Positions 9,926 to 19,901 of a stretch of 47,816 nucleotides of DNA are shown piece after piece. Origin of the DNA: Candidatus Moraniibacteriota bacterium (GTDB lineage Bacteria; Patescibacteriota; Minisyncoccia; Moranbacterales; UBA2206). A program made the position numbers and the translations under genes. The notes beneath the pieces were generated by a model, which did no database searches, was not told where the DNA came from, and was given only the letters and a program-made list of their open reading frames with translations. The stretch is taken from assembly GCA_027351145.1 (NCBI GenBank), contig DAIEIZ010000076.1:1-47816 (forward strand). The letters are read 5' to 3'. Position 1 is the stretch's first letter. Every line of letters begins with the position of its first letter.

Positions 9926-11782
9926 TTACTCCCGAACAAACCCGTTTATTGTTTTCAATATCCCTTCATCATCCAACCCCGCTCCCTCTAAAATTTCCGC
10001 CCGCGTCCCATGTTCCAAAAATCTGTCCGGCAAGCCTAGGTTTCTTATTTTCACATCCGCGTTCTCTCGTGCAAAAAATTCATCCACCGCACTGCCTGCT
10101 CCACCCGCAATCACATTATCCTCAACCGTCACAAAATATTTATGCGTCTTGGCTAATTCACGAAGCAATTCCTCATCAAGCGGTTTTACAAATCGCATAT
10201 CCACCAAAGTTGCCAAAAGCTTCTCGGCCGCATACTTACTCCGCCCAACCATTGTCCCAAACGCTAAAATTGCCACTTTTTTTCCCTCTCTCGCAATTTT
10301 TGCCCGACCAATCTCAATCGGCTGACTTTTTTTTCCGCCACAGCCACAAAGATTAGCACCCTTAGGATAGCGCACTGCCGCCGGTCCCGGATAATCATAA
10401 CCCGCTTCAAGCATTGCATAGCACTCATACTCATCGGATGGTGCCATCACAATAAAATTAGGAATAACGCGCAAAAATGACAAATCAAAACTGCCCGCAT
10501 GCGTCGCTCCGTCCGGTCCAACAATTCCTGCTCGATCAATCACCAAAAGCATGTTCAGATTCTGAAGCGCAATATCATGAATTAATTGATCATAGCCCCT
10601 TTGCAAAAAAGAAGAATAAATCGCTACGACCGGTTTCTTGCCCACCAGAGCCAAACCGGCAGCAAAAGCTAGCGCGTGCTGCTCGGCAATTCCCACATCA
10701 TGATAACGTTTGGGAAATTTCTCACCAAAACCAATCAGGCCAGATCCACTGCCCATCGCCGGAGTAACAGCGTGCAAACTTAAATCTTTTTTTGCCTTCT
10801 CACAAATCCAATTAGCAAAAACATCCGTATAGGCAATATTTTCAACTGAGCCATTTTTTTCCCCGGTCACAGGATCAAAAGGACTTGTTGCATGCAAAGA
10901 AAAAACATCTTTTTCCGCCAGAGCATAACCTTTGCCTTTTTTCGTAATCACATGCAAAAAACGTGGCCCCTTCATTTTTTTCAAATTTTTCAAAACCTCC
11001 AAAAGCGTTTTGGTGTCATGTCCATCAATTGGCCCATAATATTTAAAGCCTAATTCTTCAAACATCGTTCCTGGCGTAATCACACCTCGCGCCTGAATCC
11101 CGGCTTTGTGCACAAACTTTTGCACCGATGGCATTCTCTCCAGAATTTCCAACCCTTTATCACGCAAATTAATATAGGCTGGCGAAGAAATTAGTCGTGT
11201 CAAGTATTTTTCCATCCCGCCCACATTAGGCGAAATTGACATCTTATTATCATTAAGCACAACCAAGATATCCGCCTTAATATCTCCGGCATGATTCAAT
11301 GCTTCAAATGCCATTCCGCCACCAAGCGCACCGTCGCCAATTAATGCAACAATACATGGCGCATTTTTCTTATTCCGATTCGCCACTGCCATTCCTGTTG
11401 CAAGGCTGATTGAAGTGCTGGTGTGTCCAGTATTTGATGTATCATATTCACTTTCTTCTCTTTTTGGAAATGGTGCCAAGCCTCCTTTCTTTCGAATTGT
11501 ATATAGCTGATTTTTTCGTCCAGTCAAAATCTTATGCGCATAAGCTTGATGCCCAACATCCCAAATTAAAAGATCGCGAGGCGCATCAAAAACATAATGC
11601 AAGGCCACAGTCAGCTCCACCACACCTAAATTAGATCCAAAATGTCCCCCACTCTGCGCCACACTTTCAATCAAAAAACTGCGAATCTCCTCGCAAAGCT
11701 TTGGTAATTTTTCCTTGGGAATTCTTTTCAAGTCCCGGGGAAAATTAACCGCATCTAATAATTTTCTAGTTTTCTTCTTCAT
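9926..11782 (-). CDS. dxs: 1-deoxy-D-xylulose-5-phosphate synthase
   Basis: WDVGHQAYAHKILTGR, GDGA...NDN TPP motif, DVGIAEQH, DRAGIVGPDGATH. Confidence 0.96.
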   Translation of the reverse strand: MKKKTRKLLDAVNFPRDLKRIPKEKLPKLCEEIRSFLIESVAQSGGHFGSNLGVVELTVALHYVFDAPRDLLIWDVGHQAYAHKILTGRKNQLYTIRKKGGLAPFPKREESEYDTSNTGHTSTSISLATGMAVANRNKKNAPCIVALIGDGALGGGMAFEALNHAGDIKADILVVLNDNKMSISPNVGGMEKYLTRLISSPAYINLRDKGLEILERMPSVQKFVHKAGIQARGVITPGTMFEELGFKYYGPIDGHDTKTLLEVLKNLKKMKGPRFLHVITKKGKGYALAEKDVFSLHATSPFDPVTGEKNGSVENIAYTDVFANWICEKAKKDLSLHAVTPAMGSGSGLIGFGEKFPKRYHDVGIAEQHALAFAAGLALVGKKPVVAIYSSFLQRGYDQLIHDIALQNLNMLLVIDRAGIVGPDGATHAGSFDLSFLRVIPNFIVMAPSDEYECYAMLEAGYDYPGPAAVRYPKGANLCGCGGKKSQPIEIGRAKIAREGKKVAILAFGTMVGRSKYAAEKLLATLVDMRFVKPLDEELLRELAKTHKYFVTVEDNVIAGGAGSAVDEFFARENADVKIRNLGLPDRFLEHGTRAEILEGAGLDDEGILKTINGFVRE

Positions 11783-12441
11783 ACAATCCCATCCAAAACA
11801 TGCTCCAGAATTCTTATCACTGTTTTATTTTTTTTCAGTTCCAAAACTTTTGCCATTATTTCATTAACATCAGGGGCTAGTTTGGAAGATTTGCTTAAAA
11901 AAATACTCATTGTTTTCGTAGTTACTTTTTCTTCGATATATTTTGCTAAAATTGCATACCACAAAACAAATGTTTCTCTGCCTATGTCAATATCCAGATT
12001 AACTAATGGCGGATCGCGAAAATAACTCGCTAATTTCTCCCAATTATCATATTCATCATATAAAAGCTCATCTTCCAATAGTTTTGCCGGATGACCGGCT
12101 AATTCAGTGGTTTTTTCTATGGCATAAAACTTTTCCTCATTTAAAATTTCTTCACGCCGCATATCACAATAAAGATGAAATTTCCAGCCAGCTTCAAAAG
12201 AAGTTAACCCGAAAAAATTTAAATTGAGTGGTTCAAACTTAAAATGCGTGTCCTTTCTTTTAATACTCGGCTCGATTCTTCTAATATCAGGAAATACCGT
12301 GCCCAATATAAATTCATCCCGATTAATCTTGTAATTATAGTTTATCCTTTCTTCATCTAAAAAATCCGCATCGGCTTTCCCACTCTCCATTTTATCAAAA
12401 TATTTTTTTGCATAAACAATATGCGCAATCTGTGATGCCAT
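11779..12441 (-). CDS. Hypothetical protein, possible zinc-dependent phospholipase C-like hydrolase
   Basis: N-terminal H, FILGTVFPD, THF, GWKFHLYCD pattern; start taken at MASQIAH; 4-bp overlap with dxs start. Confidence 0.55.
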   Translation of the reverse strand: MASQIAHIVYAKKYFDKMESGKADADFLDEERINYNYKINRDEFILGTVFPDIRRIEPSIKRKDTHFKFEPLNLNFFGLTSFEAGWKFHLYCDMRREEILNEEKFYAIEKTTELAGHPAKLLEDELLYDEYDNWEKLASYFRDPPLVNLDIDIGRETFVLWYAILAKYIEEKVTTKTMSIFLSKSSKLAPDVNEIMAKVLELKKNKTVIRILEHVLDGIV

Positions 12442-12451
12442 TGATTTTGTT

Positions 12452-13059
12452 TTATTTTTTCCAAATTCTAGAAACAGCATGTCCGATATGAATTCCGGAA
12501 GCAAATTGATCAGCTTCTTCGCCACTAGCTCGATAGGCTATTTTACTAATCTCAATTGAATGATCGTTCTCCTTAAAAAATAATTTCTGCTGGCTATTTT
12601 CAATCCACATTTCCACCGGCACAACATTTTTTGCAAAATCGGTTTTTTCCATCTGAAAACCAATTATTTTTTCCTGAAAACACAGTTCTTTTTTAAAATT
12701 GATAATTCTTTGCGCTTCTTTTATGGAAACAAAAAATATTTTTTGCATTATCGGTTGACACGCAACTCTTTCATCGTCTTCTTTTTTAAATCTCCAAGAC
12801 TGTTCATTTTTTGAAACGAAATAAACCGATCCCTTTTCCGTTTCAAAAACTAATTTAAACTTTTCTTTTTCTGCTTTCAGATTTTCCATAAATTCAGATA
12901 TTATTCGCTGCCTGTTTTCTCGCAATTCTTTTATGCTCGCACTTTTTTATCCAGGTCATCTTCAGTTTGATCAATTTTATCCAGCAAATTTTTCCTAAAA
13001 TCAGTCAGACTAAATTCTTTTAGTTTGTTTTCTCTATTACCAAGCAGCGCCTTTTCCAT
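12452..13059 (-). pseudogene. Hypothetical protein apparently split by a frameshift
   Basis: ATG at 13059 opens MEKALLGN...DLDKK; one extra A in the A6 run (12943-12948) joins it to ORF 12452..12925. Confidence 0.5.
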
Positions 13060-13079
13060 AAATTTATAAGCAATCTTTA

Positions 13080-14573
13080 TTATGAAACTTTGTGTTTTTT
13101 CTTAATCAGATTCTCTTCTTTTTTTTGTTCATTTTTAATTTTATCCTCCGCCATCCTGCACAAATCTTCCACATTGCTTTTTACCAACTCCTTCGCCAGC
13201 TTAATTAGTTTTTCCTTGTCATTAAGCATCGGATCATCAATCACTTGCGAAAGTAAAATTGCCAAAATTGCTCCGATTTTCGGTCCCGGCTCAACACCTA
13301 ACTCTTTCATTAAATCATTGCCATTTAATTTCAGTTGTTTCACGGAAATTGGATCGTGCGAAACTTTCTCCACCATAAATTTAAAATGGCGCAGTTTATA
13401 CGGAATAGCTTTTGGCACACCACTTCCCAATCTGTCCGCAATCCTAACATCAATTAAATCATTAATATTTTCCAGCCCGATTTTTTGCACCACTCTGCGC
13501 ACTCCAGCTTCACCGACTTCATCAACGTTATAGTAAAACATGTGATTGCGAACTAAGAGTGTCGCCCTATCAATCACGCACCGCGAAAAACGCAAACGCT
13601 CAAGAATATTTTTCACTATTTGTTCTCCAATATATTCATGATTATAAAAAGTGGCATTTTCACCATCCCCTCTTTTTGATTTTGGTTTTCCTACATCATG
13701 AAGCAACGCTGCCAAACGCACCTCTAATTTTTCCGAGGGACATTTTTCCAAAGACGCCACAAGATGTTTGTAAACTGTATTATATGGACCATAATAATGA
13801 TGATGACTTTGCATTACATCCATTCCACTTTCAATTTCCGGTAAAATGATTTTCAAAACTCCCGCTTTCTGCAACAGTTCAATTCCTTGTGCCGGTGTTG
13901 GCGATAAAATAATTTTAACTAATTCATCGCGAATCCGCTCCGGTGAAATATGTTTTAAATTATTGGCATTTTTTTGAATTGCCAAAAATGTTTTTTCTTC
14001 AATCGCGAAACCAAGCGTTACTGAAAAACGAATTGCCCGCATCATGCGTAATGCGTCTTCATTAAAACGCTCATCGGCATCACCCACAGCTCTAATCAAT
14101 TTATTCTCCAAGTCCTTTTGCCCATAATATAAATCAATAATTTCAAGCTCATTATTTTTACCCACTTTTAAAACAAGAGCGTTAACAGTAAAATCACGCC
14201 TAGACAAATCTTCTGAAAGAGTCTTTGCAAACTTCACTTCATCCGGATGCCTCTTATCAGAATATTTCGACTCAATTCGATATGTTGTCACCTCAACCAC
14301 CTCCGTGATCTCTTTTCTATCCGCATTCTGATTTCTAATTTTTATTCCCACGGTTCCAAACTCATTTTCATAGACACTGTCCCAAAAAAGCTTCTGCACT
14401 TCTTCCGGCTTGGCATTAGTGGTTACATCCCAATCTTTCGGCTCAATTCCCAACAACAAATCTCGCACGCAACCACCCACAATATACGCCTCAAATCCTG
14501 CACTTTCCAACCCTTCCACTACTAAAAGAATGTGGGGAGGTATGTCAAATTTAACCAACTTTGCCTTTTTCAT
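13080..14573 (-). CDS. cca: tRNA nucleotidyltransferase (CCA-adding family) with HD domain
   Basis: VGGCVRD, DWDVTT, DLSRRDFTVNA, EDALRMMR, LLHDVGKP. Confidence 0.9.
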   Translation of the reverse strand: MKKAKLVKFDIPPHILLVVEGLESAGFEAYIVGGCVRDLLLGIEPKDWDVTTNAKPEEVQKLFWDSVYENEFGTVGIKIRNQNADRKEITEVVEVTTYRIESKYSDKRHPDEVKFAKTLSEDLSRRDFTVNALVLKVGKNNELEIIDLYYGQKDLENKLIRAVGDADERFNEDALRMMRAIRFSVTLGFAIEEKTFLAIQKNANNLKHISPERIRDELVKIILSPTPAQGIELLQKAGVLKIILPEIESGMDVMQSHHHYYGPYNTVYKHLVASLEKCPSEKLEVRLAALLHDVGKPKSKRGDGENATFYNHEYIGEQIVKNILERLRFSRCVIDRATLLVRNHMFYYNVDEVGEAGVRRVVQKIGLENINDLIDVRIADRLGSGVPKAIPYKLRHFKFMVEKVSHDPISVKQLKLNGNDLMKELGVEPGPKIGAILAILLSQVIDDPMLNDKEKLIKLAKELVKSNVEDLCRMAEDKIKNEQKKEENLIKKKHKVS

Positions 14574-14737
14574 ACTAACCATTCTAGCAAAAATCCAAAA
14601 AATTAGCGAATACAAAAAAGATACGCCAATCTCGACAGCCTTTTCCTCTCATGCTAATATATATAGGCAAACTGGACTTAGTCTGGATTTTGCGTGTTTT
14701 TGCATAAAATATTTACTAATTTCTATCCCAAAAACCT

Positions 14738-15397
14738 ATGAATATTCAATATTATGGTCATTCTTGTTTTAAGATATCTCTGAAACCAGCTGGTCGAGGT
14801 CAAGACGAAATTGTGCTTTTTATCGATCCTTTCGACAAGTCAATTGGTCTGCGGCCACCGCAAGGACAAGCCGATTTTGTCTTGGTTTCACACAATCATT
14901 CTGATCATAATAATATCGAAGCACTAAAAGGAGAACCCCGCGTCATTGATTTACCTGGAGAATATTCAGTTAAGGGCGTTAATGTGATCGGAATTCCCTC
15001 CTATCATGACAATACACAAGGCATTGAACGAGGCTCAAATACAATATTTGTAATTGACGGTGAAGAAATAAAACTATGTCATCTTGGTGATCTTGGTACT
15101 GATCTCGATGAAAAACAGCTAGAAAAAATTGGCACAGTCAATATTCTTTTTGTCCCAATCGGCGGCAAATATACTCTCGACTACAAAAAAGCCATCGAAA
15201 CCATCAAGAAAATTGAGCCAAATATCATTATTCCGATACACTTCAAATTAAAAGGAACGACTGTTGATATTGACGATGAAAGCAAATTTTGTCTGGAAAT
15301 GGGTTATTGCATCAAGGAAAGACCATCAAAATTGAATCTGAAAAGCAAAGATCTGGAAGGAAAGAATATGGAAATTGTCGTAATGGGCATTGAATAA
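14738..15397 (+). CDS. MBL-fold metallo-hydrolase
   Basis: GHSCF, SHNHSDHN, HLGDLG, IPIHF. Confidence 0.88.
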   Translation: MNIQYYGHSCFKISLKPAGRGQDEIVLFIDPFDKSIGLRPPQGQADFVLVSHNHSDHNNIEALKGEPRVIDLPGEYSVKGVNVIGIPSYHDNTQGIERGSNTIFVIDGEEIKLCHLGDLGTDLDEKQLEKIGTVNILFVPIGGKYTLDYKKAIETIKKIEPNIIIPIHFKLKGTTVDIDDESKFCLEMGYCIKERPSKLNLKSKDLEGKNMEIVVMGIE

Positions 15398-15408
15398 GCC
15401 CCAAAACA

Positions 15409-15843
15409 ATGAACCTGCAAAGAAAACTGGAAGAAATCCGACGAAAGCCGGAACATATTAAGTTGCGCTACACCTATATTGCTGTGGGCATTTCAATGTT
15501 TTTTATTCTTCTTTTATGGTTCTTTTCGATAGCAGATACAATCAATAAATCAAAAAATGCGCAAACAGAAAATGCATTTCAAGATTTGCAAGTTCAAAAG
15601 AAGTCGCTAAAAGATGCCACCACTGAAATCACAAAATCTCTTAACGATCTAAATTCAAACTTGCAAAAAACCACCTCGGATACGACGCAAACAACACCCG
15701 ACAATACCAACCAGACATTGCCAAGCGATATTCAAACAGCTCCATCAAGCACCACGCCAACAACAAATGATACCCAAGCATTACCAGACAAAAACAGGCC
15801 TACAACCAATAATATGCCTAGCAGCCCGCCATCGCATCGATAA
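15409..15843 (+). CDS. Hypothetical single-TM protein with T/P-rich tail
   Basis: One TM segment, coiled region, low-complexity C-terminus; between MBL gene and gyrA. Confidence 0.7.
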   Translation: MNLQRKLEEIRRKPEHIKLRYTYIAVGISMFFILLLWFFSIADTINKSKNAQTENAFQDLQVQKKSLKDATTEITKSLNDLNSNLQKTTSDTTQTTPDNTNQTLPSDIQTAPSSTTPTTNDTQALPDKNRPTTNNMPSSPPSHR

Positions 15844-15867
15844 TAATCAATTTTAGAACAAACCCCT

Positions 15868-18312
15868 ATGGAAATGAAAATTGAACTGGAAAATATCCAG
15901 GCCAGAGAAATAACCGAAGAAATCCAACAATCCTATCTGGATTATGCCATGAGTGTCATTGTTTCGCGCGCTCTGCCTGATGTGCGCGATGGCATGAAAC
16001 CGGTACACAGAAGAATCCTCTATTCCATGTGGAACACAGGCTTACGAGCTAATGCAAAATTCAGAAAATCCGCCACCGTGGTTGGAGAAGTTTTGGGAAA
16101 ATATCACCCGCACGGCGACGTTGCAGTCTATGACTCGATGGTTCGTATGGCCCAGGATTTTTCTCTGCGCTATCCCCTCGTCAAAGGCCAGGGAAACTTT
16201 GGTTCGATGGACGGCGACTCACCAGCGGCTTATCGTTATACAGAAGCCAAATTGTCTTCAATTGCTGAGGAAATGCTCACAGACATTGAAAAAAATACCG
16301 TGGATTTCGTACCTAATTTCGACGGACAGCATAAAGAGCCGACTGTCTTACCTTCAAATTTACCGCAATTACTTTTAAATGGCTCGATGGGTATCGCCGT
16401 AGGTATGGCGACCAACATCCCACCACACAATATCACGGAACTAATTGAAGGTATTGATCATTTGATTGATAATCCTACTGCGACAGTGGAAGATCTTTGC
16501 GAATTTGTAAAAGGTCCTGATTTTCCAACCGGTGGTATCATTTACAATAAAAAAGATATTATTGAGGCCTACAAAACCGGTCGTGGAAAAATTCTTACTC
16601 GCGCTAAAGCGGAAATTAATGAGACAAAAGCCGGCGCTTTTCAAATTATTGTAACTGAAATGACCTATGCCACCAATAAATCAACCATGATTGAGCGAAT
16701 GGCAGATCTCGTAAAAGAAGGAAAGATTGTAGGCATCCGCGATATCCGCGACGAATCAGATAAGGATGGGGTTCGGCTTGTTATTGAACTAAAAAAGGAC
16801 GCCTATCCACAAAAAGTACTCAACAAACTCTACGATTTAACTGACCTCCAAAAGAATTTTAATGTTAATATGTTAGCATTGGTCAATGGCATTGAACCAA
16901 CCGTACTCAACTTGAAATCAATTTTTGAATATTACATCATCCACAGAAAAGAAGTTATCACTCGTCGCACTAAATTTGATCTGGAAAAAGCCAAAGATCG
17001 CGCTCATATTTTAGAAGGCCTAAAAAAAGCCCTCGATCACATTGATGCTGTTATTGAAACCATCAGAAAATCCAAAACAAAAGAAGAAGCACACGCGAAT
17101 TTGATAAAAAAATTCAAATTCTCCGACCGACAAACCACTGCCATTCTTGAGATGCGCCTACAAACCCTGGCTGGCTTGGAACGCAAGAAGATCGAAGACG
17201 AATTAGCCGAAAAACTGCGCATTATTGCCGAACTCGAAGCTATTCTCAAGAGCGAAAAGAAAATCTTAGGCATTGTTAAAAGCGAGCTTGATCGCGTGAA
17301 AGAAAAATATGGCGATGAGCGCATGACCAGAATCATTAAATCCGGAGTCACAGAATTCAAACAAGAAGATTTAGTTCCTAATGAAGAAGCTATTATCACC
17401 ATTTCCAAAGAAGGCTATATCAAAAGGATGAATCCAACAGTCTATAAGGTCCAAAAACGTGGTGGCAAAGGTGTCATCGGCGCTAGCACTAAAGAAGGCG
17501 ACGAAATCGAAAAATTACTTGGGGTTATGACGCATGACAATCTACTTTTCTTTACAAATAGCGGGAAAGTTTTCCAAACCAAAGCCTATGAAATCCCGGA
17601 ATCATCGCGCATTTCCAAAGGCCAATCCATCGTGAACTTCCTTCAACTTTCCGGCGAAGAAAAAGTGACAGCTATAATCGCTTTTAATAAAGATGACAAC
17701 TACAAGTTCCTCTTTATGGCCACTGAAATGGGTACAGTCAAAAAAACTACATTGGAAGAGTTTGAAAATGTTCGTCGTTCAGGACTAATCGCGATCAAGC
17801 TTGATAAGGGCGATGCTCTTCGCTGGGTCAGTGCCACAACCGGCACTGACGAAATCGTCATCACCACCGCTCACGGTCAAGCTATTCGATACAAAGAAGC
17901 TGATGTTCGTTCAATGGGTCGCTCCGCAACAGGGGTTCGCGGCATCAAGCTTAAAAAAGATGATTTGGTTGTTGGCATGGATGTCTTTTTCAAAAATCAA
18001 AAGGGCAATCAGCTACTCGTTATCACTGAAAATGGTTATGGAAAGAGATCTGATATTAAATATTATAAAATCCAAAAACGTGGTGGATCAGGCATCAAAA
18101 CCGCCGCTGTCACAGCCAAAACCGGAAAACTAGTTGGTGCCAGCATCATCAACGTCGACAATCTTGATGCTGATCTTATCCTTACTTCCGACAAAGGCCA
18201 AATCATCCGAATCCCGCTCGCCAGCGTCTCAATTCTCGGTCGCGCCACGCAAGGAGTCCGAGTAATGCGACCGCAAGCTGGAGATAAAGTATCTGCCATC
18301 ACAGTACTCTAG
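15868..18312 (+). CDS. gyrA: DNA gyrase subunit A
   Basis: [22 protein letters not shown] catalytic Tyr, GyrA box QKRGGKG. Confidence 0.98.
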   Translation: MEMKIELENIQAREITEEIQQSYLDYAMSVIVSRALPDVRDGMKPVHRRILYSMWNTGLRANAKFRKSATVVGEVLGKYHPHGDVAVYDSMVRMAQDFSLRYPLVKGQGNFGSMDGDSPAAYRYTEAKLSSIAEEMLTDIEKNTVDFVPNFDGQHKEPTVLPSNLPQLLLNGSMGIAVGMATNIPPHNITELIEGIDHLIDNPTATVEDLCEFVKGPDFPTGGIIYNKKDIIEAYKTGRGKILTRAKAEINETKAGAFQIIVTEMTYATNKSTMIERMADLVKEGKIVGIRDIRDESDKDGVRLVIELKKDAYPQKVLNKLYDLTDLQKNFNVNMLALVNGIEPTVLNLKSIFEYYIIHRKEVITRRTKFDLEKAKDRAHILEGLKKALDHIDAVIETIRKSKTKEEAHANLIKKFKFSDRQTTAILEMRLQTLAGLERKKIEDELAEKLRIIAELEAILKSEKKILGIVKSELDRVKEKYGDERMTRIIKSGVTEFKQEDLVPNEEAIITISKEGYIKRMNPTVYKVQKRGGKGVIGASTKEGDEIEKLLGVMTHDNLLFFTNSGKVFQTKAYEIPESSRISKGQSIVNFLQLSGEEKVTAIIAFNKDDNYKFLFMATEMGTVKKTTLEEFENVRRSGLIAIKLDKGDALRWVSATTGTDEIVITTAHGQAIRYKEADVRSMGRSATGVRGIKLKKDDLVVGMDVFFKNQKGNQLLVITENGYGKRSDIKYYKIQKRGGSGIKTAAVTAKTGKLVGASIINVDNLDADLILTSDKGQIIRIPLASVSILGRATQGVRVMRPQAGDKVSAITVL

Positions 18313-18324
18313 AAAAAAATAAAG

Positions 18325-18333
18325 TTATCCACA
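18325..18333 (+). promoter_or_regulatory. DnaA box TTATCCACA
   Basis: Perfect 9-mer just after the gyrA stop. Confidence 0.45.
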
Positions 18334-18344
18334 ACTTAGACAAA

Positions 18345-18368
18345 AAAAGACACCTCATGGTGTCTTTT
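18345..18368. terminator. Bidirectional terminator between gyrA and the convergent gene
   Basis: AAAAGACACC-TCAT-GGTGTCTTTT. Confidence 0.8.
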
Positions 18369-18385
18369 GTTTTTAAAATTAATCT

Positions 18386-19300
18386 CTATCCATTCCTTTC
18401 GTAACTTTGTTTTATCAATGGCATTAAATTTATAAAATCAGTTGAAGAATTTATATTAAACTCATAATCTCCGTTGCCCCAATGTCCCCTATCCGAACAA
18501 TCCACACCAAGATTGTAGGGATTTTTCAATTCTCCCTTTTTTAGATTTAGCCAAAACTTAATTTTATTTTTTTGAGGCAAAATATCGATAAAATTAGAGA
18601 TCGCCTTAAAAGCTATATATTTCTTTTTTGGCACAATTTCAATCTTACTATCTAAATTTAAAATTTGATTTTTAAATTCTTCATAAAGAGACAAAATTTT
18701 TTCATCAGCAGATTTTAAATGATCTTCTTCTGTATAAACTCTTACTTCTCCTGCAACCTTATCAACAACCTCACTTGATTTGCTGATTGTATTTATTGAT
18801 TCAGAAGTTTCAGTTGATTTTAATCTGCTATATTGAATGAGATTATTTTGATATTTCGTGATTTCCCATAATTCAATCGGTAAATCTCTAAAGCTTATTG
18901 CTTGTTGTTGATATTTGGAAAATGCCGGTGATACAAATATCACTTTTGATTGAGACCAATCCACATCATCTCTTTTTAGATTCATGTTTGCATTTTCATT
19001 GTATTCCAAAATAAAATCAGCTTTATTATTCAACATCAAAGAAAGATAAGCATATCCTTGATCAATGACACTGAAATTTTTGTCTCTCTTGTATTCAATA
19101 ATTACAAAACTTTTATTATCATTATCAAAAGCCAAGCTATCAATCCTAAGATTGTTCAGTGAAAATTCTGATTTTATAAATTTTAAACTGAAAACATGCT
19201 CGAGATTTTTTTCCGTAACCACTTGAATTTCTTTTTCTAATTTAAAAGGGTTTTCTTTAATAATTAAAAGTTTTTGATTTTGCAAACTATAGAGTGCCAT
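18386..19300 (-). CDS. PD-(D/E)xK nuclease-like domain fused to DUF5655-like domain
   Basis: E...RIDSLA...IIEYKR...DQG..Y N-terminus; GHWGNGD C-terminus; very AT-rich. Confidence 0.7.
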   Translation of the reverse strand: MALYSLQNQKLLIIKENPFKLEKEIQVVTEKNLEHVFSLKFIKSEFSLNNLRIDSLAFDNDNKSFVIIEYKRDKNFSVIDQGYAYLSLMLNNKADFILEYNENANMNLKRDDVDWSQSKVIFVSPAFSKYQQQAISFRDLPIELWEITKYQNNLIQYSRLKSTETSESINTISKSSEVVDKVAGEVRVYTEEDHLKSADEKILSLYEEFKNQILNLDSKIEIVPKKKYIAFKAISNFIDILPQKNKIKFWLNLKKGELKNPYNLGVDCSDRGHWGNGDYEFNINSSTDFINLMPLIKQSYERNG

Positions 19301-19384
19301 ATTATCAAATTTTGTATTATTAATTTTCAGCCTAAAAAAGCGTTGTTTGAATTTTAAATTTCCAGCTTTATATAAACTATATCA

Positions 19385-19548
19385 AAAAATCCAACAATCA
19401 CAAAGACTCGAATTAGCCAAGAGCAAAGATCTGTGCTAAAATCAGCCTACGACAGCCTTAATCCGCTTGTTTTGCAAGCGGAAATTAGGAAAAAGTTAGA
19501 GCTACTGAAAAAAACGTTAAAGTAAGATTTATTAATGATCTAATACGA
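19385..19548 (+). mobile_element. Probable 3' remnant of an integrase-core transposase
   Basis: Translates to ...KSAYDSLNPLVLQAEIRKKLELLKKTLK*, followed by an end-like GTAAGATTTATTAATGA; resemblance recalled, not searched. Confidence 0.4.
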
Positions 19549-19606
19549 GACTAATTTTAAACTTTAATATTAAACAACAAAACATTTTATTTGTCAAATT
19601 TTGTAA

Positions 19607-19880
19607 CCTACATTCTACCCATAAGTGAAACATTCATCAATTCTAATGGTGTTTTCCAATTAAGCCTTTTTTCTGGACCTTAGTGGTTTCCAATCTTTGT
19701 TTTTAAAACCATTATCCAAGATGAGTGTCTTTCTGTATTTTTTAGGTAACTCAGATTATTGCTTGTCATAATTCAGCTTACAACTTGATTATGAACACAT
19801 AGCCAGTCTTTCTATTTGCTAAGATTAACATTTCATATTCTAATTATGTCATGGTGTCGCAGTTAATTATTGAACTGACT
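19607..19880 (-). mobile_element. Internally deleted IS30-family remnant
   Basis: Fragments ANRKTGYVFIIKL, LPKKYRKTLILDNG, KRLNWKTPLEL match IS30 transposase motifs; imperfect terminal inverted repeats at both ends. Confidence 0.7.
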
Positions 19881-19901
19881 GCTATCTTTATTTCTTACCA
19901 A

